Of a stretch of 64,000 nt of DNA, positions 46,391 to 59,026 are shown one piece after another. Position numbers and translations under genes: made by a program. The notes under the pieces are model-generated. The model did no database searches and had not been told where the DNA came from. It saw only the letters and a program-made list of their open reading frames with translations. Source of the stretch: Azolla caroliniana (lineage: Eukaryota; Plantae; Polypodiophyta); NCBI GenBank assembly GCA_043228905.1, contig JBHGNT010000002.1, positions 14,446,001 through 14,510,000 on the forward strand. Direction: 5' to 3'. Position 1 is the first letter of the stretch; every line of letters starts with the position of its first letter.

Positions 46391-47000
46391 CTCTCTCTCT
46401 CTCTGCATTGTGAATGTGTGTGTGTCTCTCTCTATCCCTAATTCTCGTCTACCTTGTTTGACTATTTACGGGTATCTACACTCATGGGGAAGGAGAAGAT
46501 ACATATCAGCATTGTTGCTTTTGGCCATGGCTAACTTGTATTGCTACATCTATGACGGTGGAAAGAACCAAATTTGAGTAGCGAAGCAACTGCAGCAACA
46601 TACCACTTTCATGTCAGCAGTGGTTTGAGAAGATTTTCCTTCCTCGATTAGCTCTAAGCATAGGGAAGATAGGGAAGCGAATTGCAGAAATAGATTACCC
46701 TCTTCTTCTTCTTCTTCTCCCCTATTTCTGTTGCTGCTCTGCTCCCTGTTTGTTGATGTGCTTCTCACCATCGCCATCGCCATCCTTACCATCAGGTTGT
46801 ATATCTAAACACCTCCATCACCACCACCACCACGACATCCACCACGAATGGGCCTCCCCTATTCTCGCAGATACCCCAAAACCAGAGCCTACAGAGTCTA
46901 CAGAGCTAGAGCCATGGCCATGGCCAACCCCGACTCTCCAAATCAGCTCCTTGCTCCCCTCTCAAGCCTTTCTCTCGAAGCGCCCCACACCTCTACTCGC

Positions 47001-47542
47001 TCTGATTCCTTCCATGTCATCCACAAGGCCCCCGTTGGAGACACTCCTTATGTCAAAGCTAAACACATCCATCTCATTGACAAGGACCCCAACAGAGCCA
47101 TCGCGTTGTTTTGGGCCACCATTAATGCAGGAGACAGACTGGATAGCGCCTTGAAAGATATGGCAATCGAGATGAAGCAGCAGAATAGGCCAGAAGAAGC
47201 GATCGAGGCCATCAAGTCGCTCCACCATGGATGCTTAGACCATGCTCAAGAAAGCCTCGATAATGTGTTACTGGACTTGTATAAGAGGTGTGGACGGTTG
47301 GATGATCAGATCGGTCTGTTGAAATCTCGGATGGGTATACATGCAGCAATTGAGCTTTATAATGGCAGAAGCACAAGAACAAGGTCTGCAACGTTGGGAT
47401 ATGTCTGATAGAGCAAGGCAGGTTGAAGGAAGTGAAGGCCATGCTCAAGACCGTGAAGTCTGCTTGCGGCGACAATCCATGGGGCTCAGTTTCTCATCTG
47501 AAATCCTTTGATCGAGCTCAGTAGATGCTGCAGGACATGGAG
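47001..47542 (+). pseudogene. Captured MS5/POLLENLESS3/SDI1-family TPR gene fragments
   Basis: FHVIHKAPVGDTPYVKAKHIHLIDKDP..AINAGDR.DSALKDMA..QESLDNVLLDLYKRCGR. Then, in other frames, NLGWVYMQQ..AEA and NKVCNVGICLIEQGR..SHLKSFDRAQ*ML. Confidence 0.9.
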
Positions 47543-47638
47543 GCAGAGGAGAGATGGTTGTGTCTTCTTCTGTGGGCTTTAGTTGAGGTGTCAATGAAGC
47601 CATGGTCAATTCACGGATGTCTTTCTGCGGAATCTAGA

Positions 47639-47917
47639 ATGGAGAACAAGGAAATCCATGGGAAGAGATGGATCCTTGGGGACTTCGACATCGGAAAGCC
47701 CCTCGGCAGAAGGAAATAATGACATGTTTACCTGCAAGAGAGAAGAAGAGCAAGTGCGTGGTAGCGTTGAAGGTGTTGTTGAAGAAACAGCTACAACAAT
47801 CACAGGTGGAGCATCAGTTGAGAAGGGAGATAGTGGAGCATATGAGGGTGTGAGGATATCTGGAGCTTAGGAGTGCTCTACTCTGAATTCCTCTTTGGTA
47901 CTCCACCATGCGAAGCA
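47639..47917 (+). pseudogene. Captured Aurora kinase fragments
   Basis: [54 protein letters not shown] joined directly to VEH..DIWSLGVLYSEFLFGTPPCEA. Confidence 0.9.
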
Positions 47918-49874
47918 GTTCTTCTAGCACAACCTGACGATCCTGTGGCATGGAATAACCTTGGGGAATGCAGCATTATCAGCAGCATCGTCGATGATTG
48001 CAACACAAGGGGAAGTGATATCCTTGCCGCCCACCGTTATTGTCGCTACCCCGCTGCCACAATCCACTAGAAGTGAAAGGCAAGAATATGAATGGACGCA
48101 AGAAGAGAGGGGCATTCAAAAAACATAAGGGCAGATGAGATGAAATTTCAAAAGCTCAAGGGCATGACATGACATTTCACAATTTGGAGGGCAGAATGCA
48201 GAATTTCGGAAACACAAGAGCCGAAAATAAAATTTCAAAAAATTTGAGGGTAAAAATTTTAAGGACTAAAGGGTAAAATATATAAAACTCACTTCACATG
48301 ATGAAAGAAAGAATACACAAATGCACAACACGATTTCACGACCCATGCCACATTGAACTAGCCGATTGCTGTATGATCCAATCGCGACTTGTGCTGACCG
48401 AACGAGAAGGTTCGATTCAAGCAAAGCTCCGATCGAAGTTATCGATTGTAGAGCAATAATCTGGTTGAGGAATTTCCGACCGTTGAGAAGAGTTGCCATG
48501 GCGAGTGGGTTCACCGTGCAATGTACTGTCCCACAAGTGTGCCATGTGTTACCCGTAAGAATATACGGGGAGGCATAAGGGTATGTGTAATGATGTGGTT
48601 GATGTGTATGTGTAAAGTAAATGAGTGTCTGGGGATGAGTATGTGTGAGCACATGCACAATTATGTGCATGTGACAAGAGTGTAACGGTCGTCTCTCTTG
48701 TAACGGTCATTATTTACCGTTACATTATGTATTATATAAACCCCTTATGGGGCATCTAATGAATATACAATTTTCCCCTCTCATTTTGTGTCATTTTCAA
48801 TTTGTCTTTCTCTCTAGCTCTCTCACTATCGTAACCCCCTTGGGAGGGGGGTGAAGCCATTCTAGGCTTCACTCCCCACCCCAACAACAATCTTTCTTAT
48901 TCATATTTGACAGTTGACGTTTAGAGTCTAGACAAGTCATTTATAGGTTAATTAACGAGCTTTGTTAATTGGTTATGGTTTTAAAATTATGAATCATGAT
49001 CACGATACTAGAATATTATTTGATTTAGGTGAATCCAGATGAGATAGGCATTAATAAGACTCTTGAAATGCCTCCATCAACTACCGATATTGACACTCAA
49101 GTCGCACAAACATATTTTGAGTAAGCAAAGGCTATGCATATTGGTCAGGTTACTCGGAGTATATCTAAGTTTGCCACTATGATAGTGGATGAAGGACTAG
49201 TAGGTTCAAGTTCTAACACTATTAGAGGAGGTCGTGTTTGTAGTCATGCTTGTGTGAGAGTTTCAAGTACAAGAAGGGTACTTACTCGACAAGCTACAAA
49301 TATTCCTTGCAACGTTGAATATGGTAATGATGATGGAGAACAAGAGGATGAAGACATTGACAATGACACAATTGATTCATCTTCTTATAGTGATTATGTG
49401 GAAAACTATGATGATATAACAACTGAATCCTCAAATTATGATGTAGAAGAGGAAATATAATCGAAAATTGAATGGAGATATTTTATTACTGGTTTGTACA
49501 TATTTATTTGAATTAGAGAACCAATAACTATGAGTATGAAGAAATTATAACTTCTAAATTAGTAAATTCTAATAGTGTTTTGATCACTCTATTCATTTTC
49601 CACGATTTGAGTGTTGAAATGATATGTGTTTTGATTCAAATTTCAAACTTCAATTGTGTTCTCCACTTTCATTTTAATTTTTAAAATATGTATATCACGT
49701 GTATTGAAACATAGATAACCATGTGGTATCCATGGACAATAAAGATAATTGGTATTTACTCTATAGTAGTCAAATTTTAAGTATCTTTGTATTCAACGTA
49801 TTTAACGAATTTAGCGTATTCAATGAATTCAACGTATTGTATGTGTACGGTATGCTACGTATGTTACAACCATA

Positions 49875-52800
49875 GTGTTAACTATTATTGCATAGCTATT
49901 TTTACTTGGTTTTTTAGCTATTTCATGATAGTTATTGCCAACTATTTCAATATTAGCTATACAATCAACAATATTAATAGAATTTACATGAACAAATCTC
50001 TTGTCGCATTCTTTCTCATTCAAGCAATTTTCTAGTATTTTGACTGTATCCACATCTGAATATTCAAGAAACATACTGATAAGTATGGCATCCCTTTCAA
50101 TCATCCCTAAAGTGCACAATGCATCCAACATTTTCCTACTCCCTTTATTTTGTGCATGACTTTCCACACCAAAGTAACACGTAAATCCATCCATTGTATT
50201 AGAGAAAGTATTGATTGTTTTATTAATTGGAAAACATTTTTGCAAGGAAAGAAAAGCTTTAGGACCATTGTGTCCTTGCCCATCAATGATTGTATCTAAA
50301 AATCCGACTCATAAGATGGCATATCATGCTCACATGAGTTAATTTGTAATTCTTCTTTATTTCTATCATGCTCATGCCTAACAGTAAGAAATTGAACACT
50401 CCTTTTACCATCAGTACTTCGAATCCTAGCATATGTCGAGCCATCTTCAAGCACCTTCGTCTCCATCCTAGAAGATGTGATATATGGTTGACCAAGAATC
50501 ATTGGGTATGATGAGGTCTTTTGGATAAAGGAATGTTGCTCCATTGGCACATCTCCAATGGTGACTTCGATGTTTGGGCAAGCTCCATGAAATTCCTCGG
50601 TCATTGAATTAGCCGATTTTACTCTCCACCCATGATTTGTTTCCATTGGCCATCCACCTTTCCTATAAATATCATAAGAAATTATATTAATTTTTGAGTC
50701 GTGGTCGATTAAGGCCATGACCGAATCTTCAAGGTTTTCAATCTTCACGGGTGTCTCAGTTCTTGCTTTTGCCCAATGTTTCTTAGCATAGTAGCTTTTT
50801 AGCTCTTTCGGTTTCTCTTCAAAAGTTGTCTTCGCAATATCTTGTGAACCAACAATGGAAGATCTTGGTTCACCTTTGATGACTTCCACCATTGATATCT
50901 TCACTTCATTTCCTTGGTTTTTAGCAGCTTCAATACTATGCCGTTTTCTTTTAATTCCATCTATTATTGCTTCATGAAATTCCTTTTTAACTATGCCCAA
51001 AAGTTCCCTCAAGGAAAGCTCCACTTTGCTATCTAAAATTCTTTCTTCCAATACTTTTTTTAAATCAGTTGAAGCTTCTATATCAATAATAATTTGAACA
51101 AGGGACTCTTCTTATCCTTACCTTATTCAATGTCAGGGCTTACCATTTTCGGACTTTCTGTCTCCATCTTTTTAGCGCTTCTTAGCTCCCTCTTCTTGTT
51201 ATCTTCATTTTCCGCCCATTCCGTTTCTCTTTCACGATCACTTCATGGGCTTGGTTTGTTGCAACCTTTGCAAAAGCTGAGAGGCCATCCCCTGGGTCGT
51301 CCCAACTAGTATCGCTTCGAATAGCATCACCTCCATACTTCAACTTTTCAAACTCGATTTGCCCTTTCTTGCAACTTTCAAAATATACGGCCAAAATTCA
51401 GATTTGGATACTCCTTCACCAACATGGATGATTGTAGTTGTTGGTTGATAGACAGCTTGCGTCCTAGTTGTTTCGGTATCTTCAATGATCCTTCTCATAC
51501 CACCTCTTCTAAAGTTAGTTCGGAGAGGTAATCGAGTTTCAGAAGAATGAATATTACCATCATTGAAGAATATCACCCCTCTGTCTATCGCATCTTGATA
51601 GTTATCACACCCTCCTCTTGAATGGTCGACGGTATCGCACCATATGCATCTTCTTTCATAATCTTTTTGGGGTTGCGAGGATTTTCCTTCTTGTAGCGTT
51701 GCAACATGTAATGAAATATCTTGTATACCTTGTATAAGATCGTCCATCATTGTTTCAAGTACCTTTGAAATAGTTGACAAACTCCTAGTATCCTCCCTGA
51801 TGGTTGTCTTCATTTCATCTTTCATACCCCCGTCAATCGAAAGATCTTGACACCATTGGGCTCTTTTGTTGATTCTATTGCAAGCTTCATGTACTTGATT
51901 CCAATTGGACACTATACCAATGGGTGCAGTCCAATCTTCAAGGAATGCAACTACTTTTTCTCGATAGGATTGATCCGATGCCTTCAAGAATAAGATGAAC
52001 TTCTGTGGTTCCAAATGAGTCATTTCGGTTGTTGTTAATTGGTTATAACGAGCTTCAAATTCTTTTAACAACTCCATCACCGAAATCTTCTTGTCCTCTT
52101 TGTCCACCCAATCCAAGAAACGCCTCCATGATGCTCGGATTGTATCACCAAGCATGTATTCATTTAATAAAGTTTGCTCAAATGCAACCCAATCATTAGA
52201 ACTTGTTGCGAGTTCAGAGACTCTATTTCTAAAAGGGAGTTCAACCACCCTCACAAAATTCATTTGAACATCATGTTGGTTTAACCCTTTACTACCCATC
52301 TCAGTAACATATACTTGTAAGAATTTAGATATATTTTTACCTGAGACCTATTTTATCTACAAGCTTGTCAATAGCATGATCGAATCGTTGAAGAGCAGTT
52401 GCATGTTCTTGGCTTTACATCATTCTTTCAATCATTTGCAGCACTGCGTTAATTTGTCGCTCCACAACGGCTTCTTGGTTGATCCGTGGATCTGAGGCTA
52501 CTTGTTGGTTCTCCATCTCTCTTAACTTCCCTGGTTCACATCAAGTTCACCATTGTGATGTTGATCTCGGCGTACGAGAGCAAACGAAAAGAAAGTTGCA
52601 AATTTGGGAAGTAAGCATCGGCCTTCTTGTCAAAGAAAGAGGAGAAATAAAATAGCTTGTATTGATGTCTCCAAGATGATTACAATAATATTTGTTTTCT
52701 AACTAATTACAATCATATTTCACATCTATTGTTATTCCCCCCTTGATAAGATTAGTCCTCCTCTTTTTATAAATGAGGAAACTAGGTGCATGAGTGCCAA

Positions 52801-53170
52801 GTGTCATCCATGCATGAGAAAAGTGGATGCATGAGTCCCAAGTGTCACCCATCCATTATAGGCACCTACATTTGTGGGTAATAGCTTTAATAATTCTAAT
52901 AGATCTTATAGCTTTAATCGCTTTTATAGCTCTAATAGCTTTAATAGCTTTTATCGCTAAAATACCTAATAGTGATAATACCTAATAGTGTGTTGATAAT
53001 AGGTATTTCGCTTTAAAATATTCTACTCGATATTATGTTTCATCGTAGATTTAACTAGCTATTATCATCATATGGCAAATGTTCTTATCAAGTTATTAGC
53101 TATCGCTTAGCGAAACAACCATTTACAAATATTTGTATCAGTTCATATAATTTGGTAAACGTTATTTTCC
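49875..53170 (-). mobile_element. Older AT-rich relative of the Trp-primed Gypsy (5' LTR, PBS, gag-PR, start of pol), cut by the hAT insertion; LTR outer edge uncertain
   Basis: Decayed PBS TGGTGAACTTGATGTGAA at about 52552-52535; CIWCDTVDHSRGGC; LEERILDSKVELSLRE; ALIDHDSKIN; ends GAT TTT TAG at 50296. Confidence 0.85.
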
Positions 53171-53691
53171 CAACAAATATTTGTATCAGTTCATATAATT
53201 TTCCCAACAAAATTGAGATATCCTCTTGTACCCTTGAGATATGTGGCATGAAAGATGGTTGTGCATCAAGTCATAACTTCCCAGTTTCATTTAGATGTTT
53301 TTTTCATCCATAGAAGAGTGATTATATATTTCAAATATCCTGTTGTATCCTCAACATTTTTGGCATGAAAGATTATTGTGTGTGAAGTTATAAACTTCTT
53401 GTTTCCAATTACAACTTCTTCCTTGGCTTTGAATTAAGCAATAACATCTTCTAGATTAGGAAAGGTCAATCTTTATCCAACCAAGCATAATACTTAGAAT
53501 CTTAATGAACAATGTAACATCATTAAGAACAACGCAACATCCAACTACAAAATTGGGCATGTCAATTGGTGTTTCTATTTCGAGTCATATGTAGCTTTTA
53601 TATTCATCATTTTTCAAGATATAGATAGATAAATATCTTTTTTAACATCCACTAAAGATTGATTGTGATCTATGAAATGGAGCCTAGGGGT

Positions 53692-53716
53692 ATGTGTGTG
53701 TGTGTGTGTGTGTGTG
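53692..53716. repeat. (TG)n microsatellite
   Basis: Direct reading of the sequence. Confidence 0.9.
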
Positions 53717-53773
53717 TTTGGGGGATTGGCGGGGGGGAGAGAAAGAGCTTGGGGGGAGTTGTAATATTGGACT

Positions 53774-55223
53774 TGTTAAGTAATTAGGTAATTAACTAGG
53801 GTTAATTAGAGACTAATTATGTAGTAACGTTAAGCAGCGGAAGATTAGTATGATATGCGCGTGAGAGTGTGTGAGAGGAAGAGAGAGAGAAAGTTACACT
53901 TATGAACACGAAGATAAATGGGGGATGATTGACTATACTGAAAAGTGCCATCAACATACAAAAATACCCACAATGAGGTATATATACAACTCATGTGCAA
54001 AGGTGCACACGTGTGGGTAGAACATAGGTACTTATGTGTAAGTCCTACATTAAATGTACTAAGGAGTGGAGGATCTAGAATACCCCATTTAAGTACAAGG
54101 TCCTATTTAAAGGCTTAAGGTCAATACATTAACTAGATTCGATCTAGGTAACTACTAAGTTACATGTGTTAACTAACTAGATTAAACTAGTTGAGCTTGA
54201 TATCTCAACACGCCCCCTCAAGCTCAAGTGTGAGGCGTCCAACGTCCGGTTTAGCTTCCTTCGACTTCGTCGGCATCGGTGCGGCTTGCAGCTTTCTTCG
54301 CGGCATTGCACGGCTTTCTTCGCCTCTTCGCGGCTTCATTGCGCGGCTCTCCGCGGCTTTGTTCTCCCCCTCAAGCCTGTGACGAAGGCTTGGATCCTCG
54401 GGCTCTTGTTCGGCCACTACCTACATCGCGAGGGCATAGTGATGGGCCATATACTCGTTATAGGCGTAACGAGTGACTTGGGTCTTCGCTCATGACGAGT
54501 GATGGAGTTTCTTGTTTCTTGATGTGAGCGCCTTCTTTATTCCGGGTGTCCTCATGATGGGTACACCGAACTCACTGTCTAGTGAGCGAGCCAAACCATC
54601 CGAATCACGGTCATCGGGGCGGACCTCGACTTCGTATTTGGGCATCTTACCTTTGCCTTTGTCCGATGTCGGACTTGGCCGCAATGTGTTTTCATCGCGT
54701 GCAGGCTCTTGTGGGCCAATTAGCTCGATATAGCTTGGATTGTCCTTCGGTGGAGGACTTGGCCGAGTTTCGTCGTCTGAGTTGGCGTTCAACTCTTCCT
54801 CGATCTGGTCGGATGGAGTCGCATCAGGCTTATACCAAGATGTCGATTCGTCGAAAACGACGTCGCGACTTATCCGCACCACTCGGGTCGAAGGGTTGAA
54901 GCACATGTATGCCTTTTTCGCGGACAAATATTCTACGAGGATACATTCTTCCGACTTCGCGTCGGGCTTCTCTCACGTTTCATTCGGGATGCGTACATTC
55001 GCAATGCTTCCGAACACCTTGAGGTGCGAGAGCATGGGCTTTCTTCCAACGAAGATCTCGTATGGACTAAACTCATGCACACTATTTGTGGTGCATCGAT
55101 TCATGAGATACACGGCTGTGGATGCCGCTTTCGCCCAATAGAAATTCGGCATGTGCTTCTCACGCATCATGGTGCGTGCTACCTCGAGTATTTGCCGATT
55201 CTTTCTCTCGGCTACTCCGTTTT
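53774..55223 (-). mobile_element. Copia E: 3' LTR, PPT and integrase end; RT-RNaseH deleted; interrupted by sister element F
   Basis: LTR at 53774-54210; PPT GAGGGGGCG; NGVAERKNR, SRDVVFDESTSWY, NEYMAHHYA..AEQEPE joined directly to the post-RNaseH tail. Confidence 0.85.
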
Positions 55224-55541
55224 TGTTGAGATATCAAGCTCAACTAGTTTAATCTAGTTAGTCAATACATGTAACTTAGTAGTTACCTAGATCGAATCTA
55301 GTTAATGTGTTGACCTTAAGCCTTTAAATAGGACCTTGTACTTAAGTGGGATATTCTAGATCCTCCACTCCTTAGTACATTTAATGTAGGACTTACACAT
55401 AAGTACCTATGTTCTACCCACACATGTGCACCTTTGCACATGGGTTGTATATATGTACCTCATTGTGGGTATTTTTGGATGTTGATGACACTTTTTAATA
55501 TAGTCAATCATCCCCTATTTATCTTTGTGTTCAAGTGTAAC

Positions 55542-55583
<42 letters not shown>

Positions 55584-56902
55584 TCTCACACGCTCTCACG
55601 TGCATATCATACTAATCTTCCGCTACTTAACGTAACCATATAATTAGTCTCTAATTAACCCTAGTTAATTACCTAATTATTTAACATGGTATCAAAGCGC
55701 GTGGTTTAGAAAATCCATTAAGCCCACTGCTTATTCGTGATTGTGTTCGAGACGCCAACGACAAATCCCGGCTATTCACTATTCGCTACCATAGTGCCAC
55801 TACGAAGGATGTGTACGCGACCAAGAGAAGAAAAACAAAACGGAAGACACAACAATCAACATGAACACACAAATGGGAAGCTCACTCCCTAGCGAAAAGC
55901 TAGACCGAAGCAACTATTCATCTTGGGAGTACAAGATGAATTGATACCTCGTCGCCAAGGGTATTGGAGCTACATCAACGACGCACAAGAAAACAAACCC
56001 GAAACCACACACGCCAACTACCCAACGTGGGAGCAAGGCGTGAGTTGGGTAATGTATTGCTTGGCGACATGTGTAAACGACCACATGCTTAGCCACATTC
56101 GTCACGCCAAGACGCCCAAAGAGGCGTGGGAAAATCTCAAGAAGATTTTCGCCGCGGACACATCCGCGCGCAAGCTTCAACTCCGGCAAGAGTTGAACAA
56201 CATACGACAAAAAGAAATGTCCGTGACGGTGTCGTGAAGAAAACCGTCCACAAGTGGAATCGGTGCACAGGAGCGTAGGAACCGGCTCTTCTCGAATGTT
56301 GTCCATAGAAGATCCTAGGCGGGTAGATTTAGTGGGTAGGAAGTAAAGGGGAAACGGCTCCTTCCTTGCCTATAAAAAGGAGGGAGACGAGAAGGAGGAG
56401 GGGATCGCGGAGAGTCGAGGATGAATTGTTGTCGGTTTGCGTGCGAAGGCTTCTCTCTCTCTCTCTGGTTCGCAAACTCCATAGCTTCCTTCTGGGCAAG
56501 TTTCGGGAGGCTCGCGCTGCTCTGAGGAATGCCCGAGTGCTTCTGGCAGCACCTCCAACCTGCTCCTGTCTTTCTGTGCGTTTACGAACAGGCATCGGCA
56601 TCTGTTCGCTGGCCTGTTCGGTTATAACCGACTTCGTGGTTTTGTTGTCTTCGTGTTCTTGTTGTTTGCCTTTGTTAATACATACATACATTCGTGTCTT
56701 TCTGTGTCGCTATCCCACTTGCGTCTTTGCGTCGAAGGCCGTGTCCCTGTGGATCTACGCTCGCACGTAGAGGGTCTCTTCTCCTTCCTCTCTTGCTCTT
56801 TGGTACAGGACCCCCGAGGTTCCGCCTCATTCCACGCATCCGCGAGGGAAACCTCGACATCTTGGTGAACCCGACGTGAAAGAGGCGACAGAAGAGCAGA
56901 AG

Positions 56903-59026
56903 ATGAAAGGGTCGGATCTTGCAGAGGCCATGGCTTCGGCCGTGGATCGGATACTGAGTGCACGCGAGGGCTCCGGCGCCCTCGACAGAGCCATTGAGGT
57001 GGTTGTCGGTAGGATCGGCCGGTTCAGCGGAAGGGATGCCACGAAGTATTTGGCGTCCTACGGGGCAGAAATGCTGATGCGGGACATTCCGGAAGAGAGG
57101 CGTCTTGCCGGGTTTCCTCGAGTGGCGATGCCGAGCATCCATGCGGAGGTGCTCGAGGTGCGGGCGGAGAGCCGTACCTGGGAGGAGTTCGAAGGCCGAC
57201 TCCTGGAAAAATACGGACTGGACGACGCGCTCCGGCTTTCGAAACGAGACTTCATGGAATGGGTGGAGTCCCCCGGCAAGGGAAGAAACGTGTCGGCACT
57301 CCTCCGGGAGTTCGAAGAACGCTTTGCGCGCCTTTCGGCGCTTGACCGAACCATTCTAGATACGAGCCGGGTCCTACTGTTCGTCAAGTCGGTGGACGAG
57401 CGGGACCGGGATCAAGTCGGCTCCTTGCTGGAAACCGAAGACGGGCTGACGACCAACTGGGCAGCAGTTAAGAGAGTCTGTGGCTGTTTCGACAAACGGC
57501 GAGAATGGGTTGATAACGGGGCGGCCGGTGCGGGGTCTGTCACAGCAAGGAGGCTTGAACCGGCACCGCAAGGGCGAAGGGAAGAAACCCGGGAATGGCT
57601 CGAAACCGGCCCGGCTTCGACCGGCATGGTCAATGGCTCGTCCGGAGGAGCAACGCTGGAGGAGTTGACGCGGGCGATAAAGGATCTCCAGATCGCCCAG
57701 ACTCGAAGGGAAGGCGGCAAACTGGCTCGTGACCGACGGCCGGCAGCGGGGAACAGGTGCATGTGGTGCGACGAGGTCGGCCACATTCGGAAGGACTGCG
57801 GCGATTTCGCAGAGGCGTTGAGAAATCGGGTGGTGTACCTGTGGGAAGGCCGGGTGCACGCTGGCGACACCAGGAGGGCCCTGAGCCGAAACGACGGGCG
57901 AGGAGGTATGAAGAGACTGATGGAAGAGGCAGCGGCTCGACACGTGGAGGCCATCCACTACTCGGCGTCGGCCGGTATTCAGGTCGGGGGCAGCGAGGCC
58001 CTAAAGGAGAGCAAAGACGGATTCTGGTCGGCAATGCTGGAAGGTCTTGCCGGCGCACGGCTAAGGAAAGACGAGACGGACCATGCTGAGAGACGGGTCC
58101 GGGAAATAACTGGGTGGAGCGATCCGGTCGAGGAGACGACGGGCTTCGTAGAAGCCGCCTGCCGGAACTACGAGGCTCTGGTAGAAGAAAAACGAGTGGG
58201 GAAAGCCGGAGCGGCCGGGCCCTCACAACGGTAGGAGACCCGATTCGGGCAACGACGGAACGATGCCGGTGTGTCCGGCCCGCAAGATAACCCCAGGAAG
58301 GGCGGGTACCGACTGGGGACAGAAATAGAAAGGTCAACGGACCTACGAAAGGTCCTAGACGAACAGATCCTCGACAGCAAAGTGGAGCTGTCATTGCGGG
58401 AGGTGCTAGGGATCGCCAAGGAGTTCCACGACTCCATTGTAGACTTGGTGAAACGGAAGAGACTGTCGACGGAGACGGAACCGGAAAGACAGGTGGAGGT
58501 GCGGACGACGCACATCGACGACTCGGCGTTGGAAGATGAGTGGGCGGAGAGCCACTATTCGAGGCCACACTGGGCCCGAGTGACCACGGAGACCCCGGTA
58601 AAGATCGGAGATGTTCAGGAACCGGTGGTGGCGTTGGTGGACCACGGTTCAGAAATAAACCTAATGTCCATGGACTTCTATAAGAAGGGAAAGTGGCCGA
58701 TCAACACCAAGCACGGGTGGAAGATACGGGCGGCAACGCGCGCCACCGAGGAACTGCACGGGGCCTGCCCGAATGTGCGAGTAAAGATCGGCGACGTCGA
58801 GATTGACCAGCACTTCTTCGTACAGGAGACGTCCTCGCATCCGGTCATATTAGGGGAACCATACATCACGGCGGCGAGAATGGAGACCAAGGTGTTGGAC
58901 AACGGTTCGGCCTACGCGAGGGTCAAAAGCCAGGACGGGCGCCATTCGGTGCAATTTCTGACGGTGCGGCCGAACCACGAGAGAAACCGCGAATCCCTCG
59001 GTGGCGAGAGCCGGGAGGATTTTTAG
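56903..59026 (+). pseudogene. Gypsy copy 2 gag-protease (one premature TAG at 58232)
   Basis: CMWCDEVGHIRKDC; ALVDHGSEINLM; colinear with copy 1. Confidence 0.92.
59017..59026 (+). promoter_or_regulatory. Putative -1 ribosomal frameshift site G GAT TTT (TAG)
   Basis: The pol frame is -1 relative to gag-PR and is open from this point. The same heptamer plus TAG occurs at 33365-33356 and 50305-50296. Confidence 0.75.

Larger units (their letters stand above)
45963..48889 (+). mobile_element. Non-autonomous LTR retroelement, copy 2, with different host-gene cargo
   Basis: LTRs at 45963-46280 and 48547-48889. TSD ATCTT at 45958-45962 and 48890-48894. PBS CTTT-TGGCACGCCTG. The 3' internal block at about 48100-48546 is homologous to about 2590-3006. 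Confidence 0.95.
44845..49874 (+). mobile_element. Decayed hAT DNA transposon (intron-containing transposase, right end), interrupted by LTR element copy 2; left part missing
   Basis: DNASN..FPSLVWTPCASHCLDLLLEEIGK, PIHIVAHILHP, PVSWWERYG..LQSLACRVLSQ, ERNW..HTKRRNRL..LVYVRENL. Terminal ACAACCATA with ACGTAT subterminal motifs resembles the 6511-7409 element. Confidence 0.85.

Noticed and set aside
46848-47408. 186-aa ORF as a functional host TPR gene
   Set aside because: It lies between LTRs, is truncated and frameshifted, and is fused to unrelated fragments.
53200-53773. Ancient plus-strand Copia RNaseH/PPT remnant
   Set aside because: Too decayed to annotate beyond a PPT-like tract followed by TG.
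58232-58234. TAG in Gypsy gag as programmed read-through
   Set aside because: Copy 1 has TAC (Tyr) at the same codon, so this is a simple point mutation.
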